DNA of 64,000 bases from Marsupella aquatica (taxonomy: Eukaryota; Plantae; Marchantiophyta): the NCBI GenBank assembly GCA_973895155.1, contig OZ316892.1:14810861-14874860 (forward strand). Reading direction: 5' to 3'. This document shows, in pieces, positions 12,791 to 24,810 of the stretch. Every line of letters starts with the position of its first letter. Positions within the stretch are counted from its first letter, which is position 1. The notes under the pieces are model-generated. The model was not told where the DNA came from. It saw only the letters and a program-made list of their open reading frames with translations, and made no database searches. Both the position numbers and the translations under genes were made by a program.

Positions 12791-12907
12791 AGCTCAAGTT
12801 TAAGGGTGTTTGGACGAGTGTTTGGGTCATTCAAACACTGACATATCCACTGAGCAATGCGCAGCCTAAAGCCTCAAAATGTGAAGAATCACCTTGAACA
12901 AAATGCA

Positions 12908-14230
12908 GCAAGGACAATCTCTTATGACGAGAAGATGCAATGTCCATACAATCTAGAGCATTTTTTCCTATTTTGCAGCATTCTTATGCCCTCAGCGCGC
13001 TCTGGGATAAGATCCATGTGGACTAAGCAAAATGCACCATGGGAGAAATCCAATCAATCATTCAATCAATACACTTTGAGGGGAAAGTGTGAATAATATC
13101 ATTGACAACCAAAAAATCACTCCCAGTGGACTGTCGTCAACGCCTACAAACTAAGACATAGAAGGGATAAACTAACATTGGCAGGCATCAAATCAAACAT
13201 CAAGCAAGCAAGCAAACAAACAAACTCTATAATACCCTATCCTGCCAAAAATGTCCATGGTCCTCTACAAAATCAGAAAAAAATTGGAAGTCAATCCTGG
13301 CCCCTAATCCAAAAGAAAAAACATTGGCACCGTCACATCCATCCATACTCCCTTCTATCTCAATTGCATGCCTGAGCTGCTCAAAGACCTGATGAAACCT
13401 GACCAAATTGATGAAAAATTTCATGGATGACCAAATTGATGACCCGAGATGAAAAATTGATGAAACCTGACCAATTGATGACATTTTTGCAACGAAAAGT
13501 AGTTCAACAACGTCCTTGCCTCACCAAGAGTTTTTTTGCTTAGTTAGTAAGGAGTTTTGGGGTAGAGAGTGAACCAGAGGCTGTCTGGAATCACCTTTGA
13601 TAGGTTGTGCCTCCCAAAAGCAAAAGGAATAATTTTGTTCCTCCGTTTTATTCCGGATCTGGTTACTTTTTCTCTAAAAGAAGCTTTAAACAAACTGGAA
13701 ATCTTCCTTTCTAGTTATAAGCTCTGATGGGGTCTCCATCTAAGCCTACCGTCTCAAATGGGATCCCACTGTCCTCTTTAAATGAAAACAAATCACTCAA
13801 ATCATGTCATTGTGATTCAAATGCATGTTTCCTGCCGAAGCAGGCATGGCTGTGTTAGCTCACTTGAGTAGTAAGTCATAGGCCTTTGGTTCAAATATTG
13901 TAACTGGCTTATGTAGTCTCCCTTCCCATGGGGTTAAAAAAATAAATTAAGAATGTGGGTTTCCATAGATGGCATGGAAGCTTACTAATCCTATCCTAAC
14001 AAAAGGTTTAAAATTAAAAAAATCTTGTCCTAGCAAGCTTATAGCTGTTTGTTTTGCTTTTGAAAGTTTCTGGTTGGTCTCTAGGCCCAAGCATGGTGAA
14101 TCTGCCAAATTGGCTGTGAGGTAATGCCTAATTGTACCTGGGGCCTACTATTTGGGGGGGGGGGGGGGGATTTACTGGCCACGATAGGTAGATTCAACCA
14201 TAGGTACATAGCTCCATTCCCTAGATAGCC
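12908..14230 (+). repeat. Diverged ~1.4-kb direct repeat, copy 1
   Basis: Collinear blocks shared with 23376-24810, e.g. GGATAAGATCCAT, ATCATTGAC, CTACAAACTAA, TAGAAGGGAT, TTTCCATAGATG-CATGGAA, CAAGCATGGTGAATCTGCCAAAT, AGCTCCATTCCCTA. Confidence 0.8.
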
Positions 14231-14404
14231 TGATTTAGAGCAAAATAAATGATGTTCTAACTAAAGTGATGTTGAGTGAAAACGTTATTAATGGGTAGCA
14301 TCGACCATATGGTTTACATTGCTCCATTTCCTAGATAGCCGTGATTTAGAGTAAAATAAGTGATGTCCTAACTCAAGTGATGCCGAGTGAAAATGTTATC
14401 AATG
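14211..14404. repeat. ~83-bp duplication (110-bp period)
   Basis: GCTCCATT(C/T)CCTAGATAGCC..GATTTAGAG(C/T)AAAATAA..GAGTGAAAA(C/T)GTTAT at 14211-14293 and 14321-14404. Confidence 0.85.
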
Positions 14405-15103
14405 CGACTTTTCTCCATTTCTGTACAACATGTGGAAACCAACCTATCCACAAGCAAAAAGGTAATGTGTACACAGCATCCAATGACAATCAGTAAATTT
14501 GATTGGTTTATCTTCCAGAATTATGGCAAAAATGTCTTCCCATCACAATAAGGGGAGAAGCAACACAATTTCGAGTAAGACTGACTCCAGAATTGGCTTG
14601 TTTACTGAATCTGGAGAAAAGAATCTGGATGTACAATTGTAACTGCACTGCACCCGAAGTGTCTGCATGGAGGGTATACATTGCAAGCTCACCTCAGTTC
14701 ATGATGTCCTTTGTAGACATCCACTGAGCATGAGGCGAGAAAACTGCAGATCATTTTGGGTGCAGCCTGCAATTGCGGTGAACAAAATTTCATGTTGTGG
14801 ATTTTACTGGCGAGCTAGTCCAAATTTTACAATCACAACCCTCCACTGGAGCCTATTGGAGCTGTCACGATGCTGGTAAACATTGCAAAGAATGAACCGA
14901 TGATACAAAGCATTTGAATAAAATTGATGAAGGAAGCCCAAATCCAGATCCTTGTAGCTTCCACTCACAGTCCAGCCCAACTGGTTCTCGCTTGTGAAAT
15001 GTATCTACTTTTATAGATAAAGTTGTCAAGTAATTGCCACAATCCTGTGAACACAAGAAATACTTGAAGGAACTTGAATACAGCCGGCCAGAAGGGCCTT
15101 CCT

Positions 15104-18100
15104 TCAATGGCCGTCCAAAAGAGGTCCATCATCGTCCTCTACATCCTTGGCGAGTAGGGCAGCGATTCGTTTTGATGCCTCCTCTCTGTGACAGCAAGTT
15201 TACAGCACTTAAGTGAAGAACACACTACCTTAGGTCAAAGGATATGATCAGGGTACTAGTGGAAAGAACTATATTAACTCCACAAAGATTATGTAGTTTT
15301 ATTTTTATCCTTCATGTATAGAAATCTAAAGACCGAGTCTGGTTTATTCGCTTGATACAAGTCAACACTCTCAAGTGTTCAACAGCTTGGAAGAGTCCCA
15401 TGTTCAAAATTTCACGTATCAAAGGGGGCGCCCTGTCGTGGTCTTTAGGGATGTTAACTTTACATACAAAAGTGAGGACATACCTAACACACCCAGGAAT
15501 TGCATCACGGTCAATCAGGCCAACAACATGACGACCCTCATCCTGCCATCGTTTCCCTGCTCGTGCCACAACTGGAAGTTGCTTAAATCCAGAAGAATCC
15601 ATAATCTCTATAACGGCCCTGAGACTCATGTCTGGAAAGCACACCACAAGGTCCGTATCTTGGCCTTGATTATCTCCCTTGCCACTACACATTGCAGCAA
15701 CCAACATCTTGTCCACCTGCATTTTTTTCGGATTAATGTCAATAGCTGTGAGTTGGAAAGTTTGCAGAAGTGTTTCACCCATTTGTACGTGCAAGTTCGA
15801 GTTCAAATGTAAGACATTTGTGAACAAGACTCATGAATGCCGATGTCCCAAGTTCCCGACGAAGCTACAACGCTAGTGCACACCTTGTGGCAGAGCATTT
15901 TGCTGCTCACACAACCTCAGTGTCACATTATCCGCGAAGGGTTACGCAGATTTCAATCTTATGTACAGCAAGGGTCAATCTTCCGAGACTTACATCGACC
16001 ACCGCTCGATGTCCCCTGTAAGAACTTTCTGCAGCTCGCATAACTTCATTCTCAAGATCCGAAAAAGTGAAGATACCCTCTAAGAGATCATTCTCATCTA
16101 CAACAAGGGCACATCGCTGCTGCTTTAAAAGTATCTGTCCAATGGTCTCCTTGACTGTTGCAATGGCTTGAACTTTGACAAAGGTTTTGGACATTGCTTG
16201 AGAGACCTGTAGCACACCCATGATCAGACAATAAGGATATGGTCAGACTCGTCTGGCACAGTTTAAAGCCTTCAATACCCAATGTGAGAGATGTAAATAT
16301 CACATGACCTCGTGCTGCGCATGAAAAATCAATAAAGTTTCAATCAACACTGAAACTAGGCCAACAAACCAGGATCCGTCAAAAGAAAATGCCACTTTAG
16401 TACTGTCCTGCAGTTTCCAGGGACAAACCTTTATGCTGTCCTTCAGTTCAGCATCTGAAACCACATTTGGTCCTTCATAATCATCCAGTCTACAAAGTTC
16501 CAATTCTGTTCCACTGCCAGTGCGTCTCCACACCAGTTGCTCATGGCCACTGTGATCAACTACTCCTTCATCCGCCCCTAAATGTTGAAATGATCTGCCA
16601 CCAAATGGTACAGATGTCGCAAAGTGCTTTTCAGTGGTTTGTTTTGCAACTGCAGCAACCCAAATGGCTACTCCTATTCCACCCTGGGAGACAAGACCAA
16701 CCATCAAGGTCGATAAATGAGGACAAAGATGAGGCCGATAAATAAGGACAAAGATTCGTGAAAGAGAGAGCCAAGACACCATCTCAAATGTGTCGACGAC
16801 CCCATTCAGTCACGGATTTGTCAGTTTTGCAAGAGGATTTTTCCAAAATTCAGGAAACCATGCGAGAATTTACAGAGCAAGTGCACAACTATATTCTAGG
16901 TATGAAAATACAAATAGGTATGAAAGTACAAATACGAAAAAAATAATTATTTAAACTTTTAGTATGACAGCGATCTGTTCAACGCACTCAAACTTAGATA
17001 ATCACATGAGCCCTATGACTTGCTTGACTACGTGGAAACCATATTAAAAGCTCCATCTCGCTGTTTTAAGAAGACAAAACTCTCTTTGCAACATGATCAA
17101 TCACTTGTCCATACGGTGGTCACTTGAGTGCAACATATGCATTGAAAGGAAAAGGAACAGTGCGATATGGAGACACTCAAGCCTCAGTTAAATAGGAACT
17201 AATAGCACCTCATACCATAAGAGGAAGCAGAATGTGATAGTCTTTTGTCAGCTCAAAAAGAAGTAGTACAGACGTCAACGGAACAGAGCACACCGCTGCT
17301 AGTAATGCTGCCATGCCCACCTGTCAATGTAGAATCATATGTCAAACATTCTTTATGACATTAATTTAACCAATGGCAGGCCAAGCCACGTTGCAGGCAT
17401 GTTGGATTAAGCTGCTCTCACAAAATTATCACATCACATTACTCCCACCTAGCCCATGTCACGCAAGCAAGACTAACAGGCGAGGCATCCAGAGTTTGAT
17501 CCCTCTCCAATGGCAGGCTCATCATACGAATGAAGCAATGCTTACAAAGAATCGTAGTTAGGTAATCCAAAGACTATACCAGAGCATAAGCCTGTGGATG
17601 CGCAACAGTGTCTTGACCAGGTAGGGCAGCACCAATTATTTTCCCGGCAATGGTACCATATACAGAACCAACCGCTGCTCCTATGAACAAGCTGGGGGCA
17701 TAGACACCACCGACAAGTCCTGACCCTTTCGAGAACGCAGTCGCAACAACCTTGGCGCAAATCAGTTGTGTCACCAACCCTGCTCCTGGAGCAACTGCTG
17801 ATTTCCCTGAGTGTAAGATCTCATCCACATTGTAAAATCCCCAGTACAGTACTCCTGGATACTTTAAAGCAATTACGCCGGTTACAAGGCCTCCAATAGC
17901 TGGGGTAACAGTTAAAGGTACGCCAATTTGATCCCTTATAAACTCAAACACTTCAGTGAAATATGCTGTCATACGAACGAAGATCACACTCACAACACCA
18001 CAAACTCCCCCCAGGAGGAGATAAAGAGGTAGTTCTGTGCACACCAGCAGCAGTAGTACGGTTAGGGTTTCCAATTATCGCAAGGACTCAAGATTTTGAG

Positions 18101-21100
18101 CTCGAATCATGTCAACCACCATAAATAGAATTTTGCGTACAATAAAGATTTCCCTCAATCTCATGCAATCCATAGATTAACGAACTGTCTGAGAACATAC
18201 TGCATGGACCAGTCTTTAGACATCGGAACGATCCTATTCTTTTGAAGTACGTTGATAGACTCTTGAAACCAGTCTGAGTAAACAAGTTTGAGACCACTCA
18301 CAAATAGTTTGAAACCCAGACTAGGAAAGTATCTATCTTGAGTACTTGAGTACTCCAAGAAGCTTAGAAACTCAGACACAATTTAAAGTTTGTGACCACT
18401 CACACATGGTTTTCAGATAAGTGTGTTTCAAACTTAGAAAGATTCAAGCTTACCAGCTGCAGATCGCAGCTCGTAAGTGGGTACAGTGAAAGCTGGAGTC
18501 TCTTCAAGCAGAATCTGTGAAACTGTAGAAGAAATGACTGAAGCCAAGATGATCATTGCTGTAGTCAGAGGAGGAGAGTTTTCAGCATTCTGTGGTCTCA
18601 AGACTGTCTCGATGGCAAAGAACATTCCAGAAACTGGGGCATTAAATCCTGCATCGGATTTTCAATGAAACTGATTGAGACCACTCACAACAAATGGATC
18701 CCAAATGTGCACCTGAATCACACTGGTTATGAGGCTTTGTTGAACATATGCATCAAATGAATCGTTTCATGAATGCTGAAACTTGTGTGCTAGCTGTGTA
18801 AGCAACATATCACTAGAGGGAATGGGGCTGCAGTCCCACTTGTATCATATTTGTGATATAAGCCATGGAGTCTAAAAATTGTTGTCACAATTACGCCCCA
18901 CTTATATTACAAATTTGTCCCACTAATATCAAGATTCTGGTAAGGAATATTTGCATTTCATTGTCCCACATATTTTTAGAAATTAAAATCATTTTATGGT
19001 AACAATGGGACATTTCAATCTAAAGTTACCTCAAGCCCTAACCTCAATATTTACCTTATCTGACAAAAGCCGTCCCATTCCCTCTAGTGTATGGACATCG
19101 AGATGACGAAAACAAGCGAACCTGCAGAAATGCCAGCGGCTGCACCTGCTGCAACCAACGCTATCCTCCGCTCTTTATTGTTTTTCATTATTGTTGCAAG
19201 TCCATTAGCCCATGCCTTGCCAATGTCAACACTGGGCCCTTCAGGCCCTAGAGAGCACCCAGTTCCAAGAGAAACCATTGCCTGACTGGCCTTGATTGTG
19301 GGTTTTATCCCAGCAAGCCAGTCAACGGTATGCCTTGGTTGAGGAGGTCTGGAGGCATTGATCTGATCAAGAATCCCAAGAACTGCATGCATCATACCAA
19401 CGACCACGCCTCCAACAACTGGTAACAACAGGACTCTATGCCAAATGTTGATGAGTTGTTGAAGACGAAACCATGCAGCTCCATCCTTTGGTGTACCAGC
19501 CCAAGCGATGTCATGTATGAAGTGCACCTGGTCCCACAAAAGTGCAGATTAATAATGGAGAGGATGAAAAAAGAATTTTGAAAGGGTAAGTGCAATTACT
19601 AATTCGCTATCATTTGCCAGAGATATTGTACATTAATTCAAATGGTCTGTAACTCGTTAGGTAATTACCCCCTTATTAAAGAGCACGACGCTGAGCCCAG
19701 TGGCAAGCCCAAGCAAGCACCCAAGCAAAAGAAGAGCCCACTCTGGGGGAAATCTCTCTCCTACTTGGGCAGCAATTGAATTTCTTCTATGTAAAGCACT
19801 CTGCCGGGGTGTGAATTCTGGAGTATCCGCTTCTCCATACTCGTCTCTTTCTATGTTTTGAAGATCTGACTCCGCTTCTGACGGTGGAGAAATTATCCGT
19901 GATACTTGTCTGCTACTGTGGTTGACAGATCCTCGTCCTCTGGTTCTTTCGGACACTGATTCTAGCTCATTGTGCATTTCTGAAGTTGAAGGCAGAGGAA
20001 ATACTTGATGACCAGACATTACAGACCCCCTTTTGATATCCCTCAAGGGCTCTGATTGCTCATCTAATGCCAGTTCTTTTCCTGATGGCCGCCTCTCCGT
20101 TCCACCCAAAACTACAGATGTCCTTCTAGAATCTGTTGAAGGCTCTGCCTGCTCATGTAGCAGACATTCCTTCCCTAATGGCCTCTTCTCAATGCCCTCA
20201 CCTAAATATATATTATTTCCACCAACCTCGCCATCTGTATTTGAGACAGTAACAAGATGTGATGCTTGCCTATCAGATGTCATAGATGCCCCTTTTAGTT
20301 CCTTCAATGGACTTGGCGGAAATTCACAAAGTGTCGGTTCTTTTAGTATATCAAAACTCTCAGCATTGCTCACATTGCTACCTACTGCGTTGTTGTATTT
20401 TGTTTGTATATCCGTATCAATGAGCTTTGGTTTTGGTACAGGCCATCTCTCACTCATACTGCCCACATGGCCATGTCTCACACAAATTGGTTCTCCTAAT
20501 GTTTCAGTATCTAGGAGATGAGATGATTGCCTCTCATTTCCACTGCCAAGAAAGTTACTCTTCCCACATTCGTCTCCAAGTGGGTCCAAACATGACCACT
20601 TCTCATTACCACAGACAGAGTGACTAGTTCTTCCCCCGTCTGATCGTCCAAATATCTCCATCTCCACAGTTGAAGATTGTAGTAGTGGAGATTGTTTTTC
20701 ACTACTGTTGTTGGTGTAAATATTTTTTTCACTTATTTCTTCTCTCAGCAAGTCTCCTACTATTTCAGTATCTAAGAGAGGAGATCTTGAAAATGACTGC
20801 GTCTCATGTTCACTACCAAGAGAGGTAGTCTTACCATCTTCGTCTCCAGGTGGGTCCAAATAGGACAGAGACCATCTCTCATTACCATGGACAGAGTAAC
20901 TATTTCTTCCCTCACCCGATACTCCAAGGGCCTCCATCTCCACCACTGGCGATTGTAGTGGTGACTGCTTCTCACTACTACTGTTTATGTAACTATATCT
21001 TCCACTTATTTCCTCTCTCATTAATTCTCCTACTGTTTCAGTATCTAAGAGTGGAGTTTTTGAAAATAACTGATGCTCATTTCCACTACCAAGAGAGCTA

Positions 21101-22566
21101 CTCTTCCCACCTTTGTCTCCAAGTGGGTCCAAATATGAGAGAGACCTTTTCTCATCATCATCGACAGAGTGACTAGATCTTCCCCCACCCAATCCTCCAA
21201 TGGTCTCTATCACCAATAGTGATTGTGGTGGTGATTGCCTTTCACTAATGTCGTTTGTATTACGTTTTCTTCCACTTGCTTCTTCTCTCATTGAGTCTCC
21301 TACCGTTTCAGTATCTAAGGGACAAGATTTTGACGATTGACCCTCACTTCCACTACCAAGAGAGCTACTCTTCAAACCTTCGTCTCCAAGTGGGTCCAAA
21401 TATGACATAGGCCACTCCTCATGACCATGGACAGTGTGACTACTTCTTCCCCCATTTAATTCTCGTAATGTCTCTGTCTCCAGTACTGAAGAGTGTGGTG
21501 GTGATTGCTTTTCACTACTCCTCTCTATGTTACTTATTTCTTCTCTCATTAAGTCTCCTACTGTTTCAGTATTGAAGAAGGGAGATTTTGAAAATGACTG
21601 ACCTTCATTTCCACTACCACGAGAGCTATTCTTCCTGCCTTTGTCTCCAAGTGGGCCCAAATATAACAAAGACCACTTCTCATTACCATGGACAGTTTGA
21701 CTAGTCCTTCCCCCAACTGATCCTCTAGATGTCTTCATCTCCACTACTGAAGATTGCAGTGATGATTGTCTTTCACTACTATTGTTGATGTAACTATCTC
21801 TTCCACTTACATCTTCTCTCAGTAAGTCAATCGCTTTGAATGTAGATTCTATTGAAGGCTGCCTCTCGGCATCATTACTATGGCTAGTCCTCCCATGCGG
21901 TTCTTCTCCAGCTTTGGCAATCTCTGACAACAGAATGGTTGTGGATAATTTACTCTCAATGCTATTGTTGATATTGGTATCTCCTCCAAGACTATCATCT
22001 TCGAGTATGCCAATGTCTGAGAATGGAAATTGCAATGACGGCCACTTCTCAAGTTCACTGAAAATACTTACATTTGTTTCAATAACTGCTAGCCCTTCAT
22101 TTTCAAAAGGAGACCTTTGTGGTGAAGTTCTGTCAATGTCACTTTCAATGAGGCTGTCTCTGCCACTAGGTTCTACTCCACGAGGATCACTCTGCAAGAC
22201 ATCAGATTGTGATTTTGACTCTTGTGATCTATGGCTAGACTCGGAAGGGCTCCCTTGGATGAATGGGGCAGATCGCTCGACTGAGTATTGTGAGCTCCCC
22301 TCAACTTCTTGTTTATCTCCTGGTTCCTTGTTGCGCACAGTATTACTTTCACTCGTAGCTTCTGTTTGGTCTGGATCGAGCTTGACAGCCCGGAATACTG
22401 TGAAATCATGAGTGACGTATGAATTTTGCTTAGGGGTTCCATATGAACCCCTTCCAAGTTGATTTGCCAGTCCAACATCTGCCCATCCTTGTTCATTGTC
22501 AATATCTGAGTCTGTATCGGATGTAGAATGAAGAAAAGAGCGCTTTTCAGGATGATTTCTTGACAT
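15104..22566 (-). CDS. CLC-f: CLC-f-type chloride/anion channel-transporter, paralogue 1, with long repetitive N-terminal extension
   Basis: Nine coding exons: 22566-19669, 19527-19122, 18648-18454, 18034-17580, 17320-17216, 16683-16429, 16206-15994, 15716-15484, 15185-15104. All GT-AG and in frame. Motifs: PPEWALLLLGC, GTGCSLGPEGPSVDIG, FFAIETVLRP, GGVYAPSL, SVPLTSVLLLFELTKDY, plus two C-terminal CBS-like segments. A possible 3' splice site lies 6 nt before the ATG. Confidence 0.93.
18811..19089. mobile_element. 279-bp non-autonomous CACTA-type element in intron 2 of CLC paralogue 1
   Basis: TIRs CACTAGAGGGAATGGG / CCCATTCCCTCTAGTG, with a 3-bp TSD TAT on both sides. The paralogue 2 intron has the empty site (GTCCATCTGTTGCT, about 43455-43468). 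Confidence 0.9.
20494..21828 (-). repeat. Coding tandem repeat: five ~89-aa (~267-bp) units in the CLC paralogue 1 N-terminus
   Basis: Unit consensus approximately DLMREEISGR..YINNSSEKQSPLQSSVVEME...GGRSSHSVHGNEKWSLSYLDPLGDEGGKSSSLGSGNE.QSFSKSPLLDTETVG, read from the 969-aa ORF translation. Confidence 0.92.
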
Positions 22567-23375
22567 CCCTTCCTGTCAATCAAAATCAGAGCCTTTCCAA
22601 CTCAATAGACAATGAATTGAGGGGAAAAAATAAAACATGGATAGGAGGTACTAAGTGACAGGATGGAATGTGTATTGCATGCAGCTCATATTCTAGCTGA
22701 GCTACTGAAGACCAACACATATCTACATCCAATGTGCATTCTGCCATCTCCAATCTTACACCCAAACCCAACTCACTCGCCGGCACTAGTCAAACTTAAA
22801 TCAGCCCAATCTACTATTGAGCGTTTGCTGAAGACAAGATACTGGTCGGGAATGGGGTGTTGACCCAAACTTGCTCACCACAGTATACGTCCGAGTGCAA
22901 TACCTTAACGAATGGCCAATCCCTTGACAGACCTTCACAATCTTACAAAATGATGTGAAATGTGTCGAGAGAATTGCACTGGTATGAGATTGAATTTAAT
23001 TGATTTGCCTTCGTGTATTTGTCATGGTCGATTAAAACAATTCTTGGACCCCTGCAATGAATTCAACAATAAATAAAGCTTGTGGGTACCTTGCATGGCA
23101 GATAAGCAACTTAATCCTGTCAAACTCCTAATCAAATTGATGGACCAGTACTCATCGATACACACAACAGATTGTCTTCTACCTCCCACATTATCTAAGT
23201 GAAAATCTGCAGCTGATTTCCAAATTCACTTCAACTAATTAAGCCTGCTCATTGGCAAGTCTATACCTTTCTGTACTCATAGTCACAATGTCAGTTTGTC
23301 ATCATTTCTTCCACTACTAACAGTTTGTCATCATGCACTAACGTGCCTTGAATTGGTTGCAGTAATGAAATGTCA

Positions 23376-24810
23376 CAAGGACGAGCTCTTAAGACAATAA
23401 GATGCGGTGTCCAAACAATGAAGGATTTTTTTAATGATTTCAATCAATTCTTATATCTCCAATGCCCCTTTTGGATAAGATCCATCCAGATTAGGTTCGT
23501 TCAAGCAATGCACACAACACATTGTAGCAATTTGTTGTGTGCTCCAAATGAGGGTCGATTGTCAACAAGCACCGTAGAGAAATCAAATCAACCATTCAAT
23601 AAATAAACCTTGAGTGGAAGTGTGAATGAGATCATTGACTACTAAACCAATCTTGACTGCAAGATAAAATCCATGAGCCTTAACGGTTGTCACCGGCTAC
23701 AAACTAAAGTAGCTAAAAATAGAAGGGATGAACTAACCTTGACAGAGATACAGTAGTAAAATGAATGTCACATTTCATGCGATTTGGACGATTTGGCCAA
23801 AGCAATATGTGACATAATGATGATCAAATTCAAGCATAAGATGTCTCTTGAGTGGAGAAATCCTCTGGCAAAAAATCACCAAATTTTGAGCGCATAATAT
23901 ACACTCCTTCAATTGTATCGGCACCTATTGATGCTACCCATTATTTCTTGTTTCAGTGATGTCAAAGGGAATTCGAATTGCAAGGAGGAAAGAATGTGGT
24001 CAACCATTTTAGACAAACTTGATGGATTGCTGTCTGCAATTGCCTTTGGTTAGGTTACACCCTCCTCAAGAAAAAGCAATGATTGTGCTGCTCTGCTTTA
24101 GTTACAAAATTACAAGCTCAGATGGGATTATCCATCCAAATCCTTAACTTGAATGGGATCCCAAAACCTGATTTGTATGAACATCATGTAGTTTTAGGGT
24201 TTGGATGGAGATCCCTAAACTCTAAACAATATCATCTTAGTCGAAGCAGACATTTTTCTAGATCATCTGAGCTTAGAAATCCTATCCAACAAAACATTTG
24301 GGATGGGGATCCAATCTGAGTATATAGCTGCTGCAGTAGGGGTCTGGTTTTATTCCTTGAATACAGTCTCAAAAGAATTTTACTCAGAGTTTGTTTTTTG
24401 GACTCATAAGCTTTGATCAAATCTCCATGCAAACTATGAACTCAGAAGGGATCCTAAAATCATCATTGTATGAAAGGAAAGATTTCTTGGGCTGAATCCA
24501 TGTACTCCTGGTTCAAATGCCTTTAGATTTCCATAGATGTCATGGAACCTTCATATTAATCCTCTCCTAGCAAAAGGCCTGAAATGCAACAGAGCTTATA
24601 GTGTTGTTGTGTTGCCTTTTTTTAAGTACACTCGCTGCCAGCTAGGAATAGCACCCCCCCCCCCCAAGCATGGTGAATCTGCCAAATAGGTGATAACCTA
24701 ATGCTTAATGGAACATGTGGCCTCCTGTGAGGATGGAGATGATCAGCCAAGATATATGGGTAGGATCAACCACACCATGGTTGACTGAGCTCCATTCCCT
24801 ACATAGCTTA
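23376..24810 (+). repeat. Diverged ~1.4-kb direct repeat, copy 2
   Basis: Matches 12908-14230 in block order and orientation, and contains an extra palindromic insert at about 24117-24320. Confidence 0.8.
24117..24320. mobile_element. Possible ~200-bp MITE-like insertion
   Basis: Imperfect TIRs CTCAGATGGGAT..CCATCCAAAT / ATTTGGGATGGGGATCCAATCTGAG. Absent from repeat copy 1. No clear TSD. Confidence 0.5.

Noticed and set aside
13240-13495. Possible small TIR element (CAAAAATGTC/GACATTTTTG) with internal short repeats
   Set aside because: The TIR is short and I could not identify a TSD.
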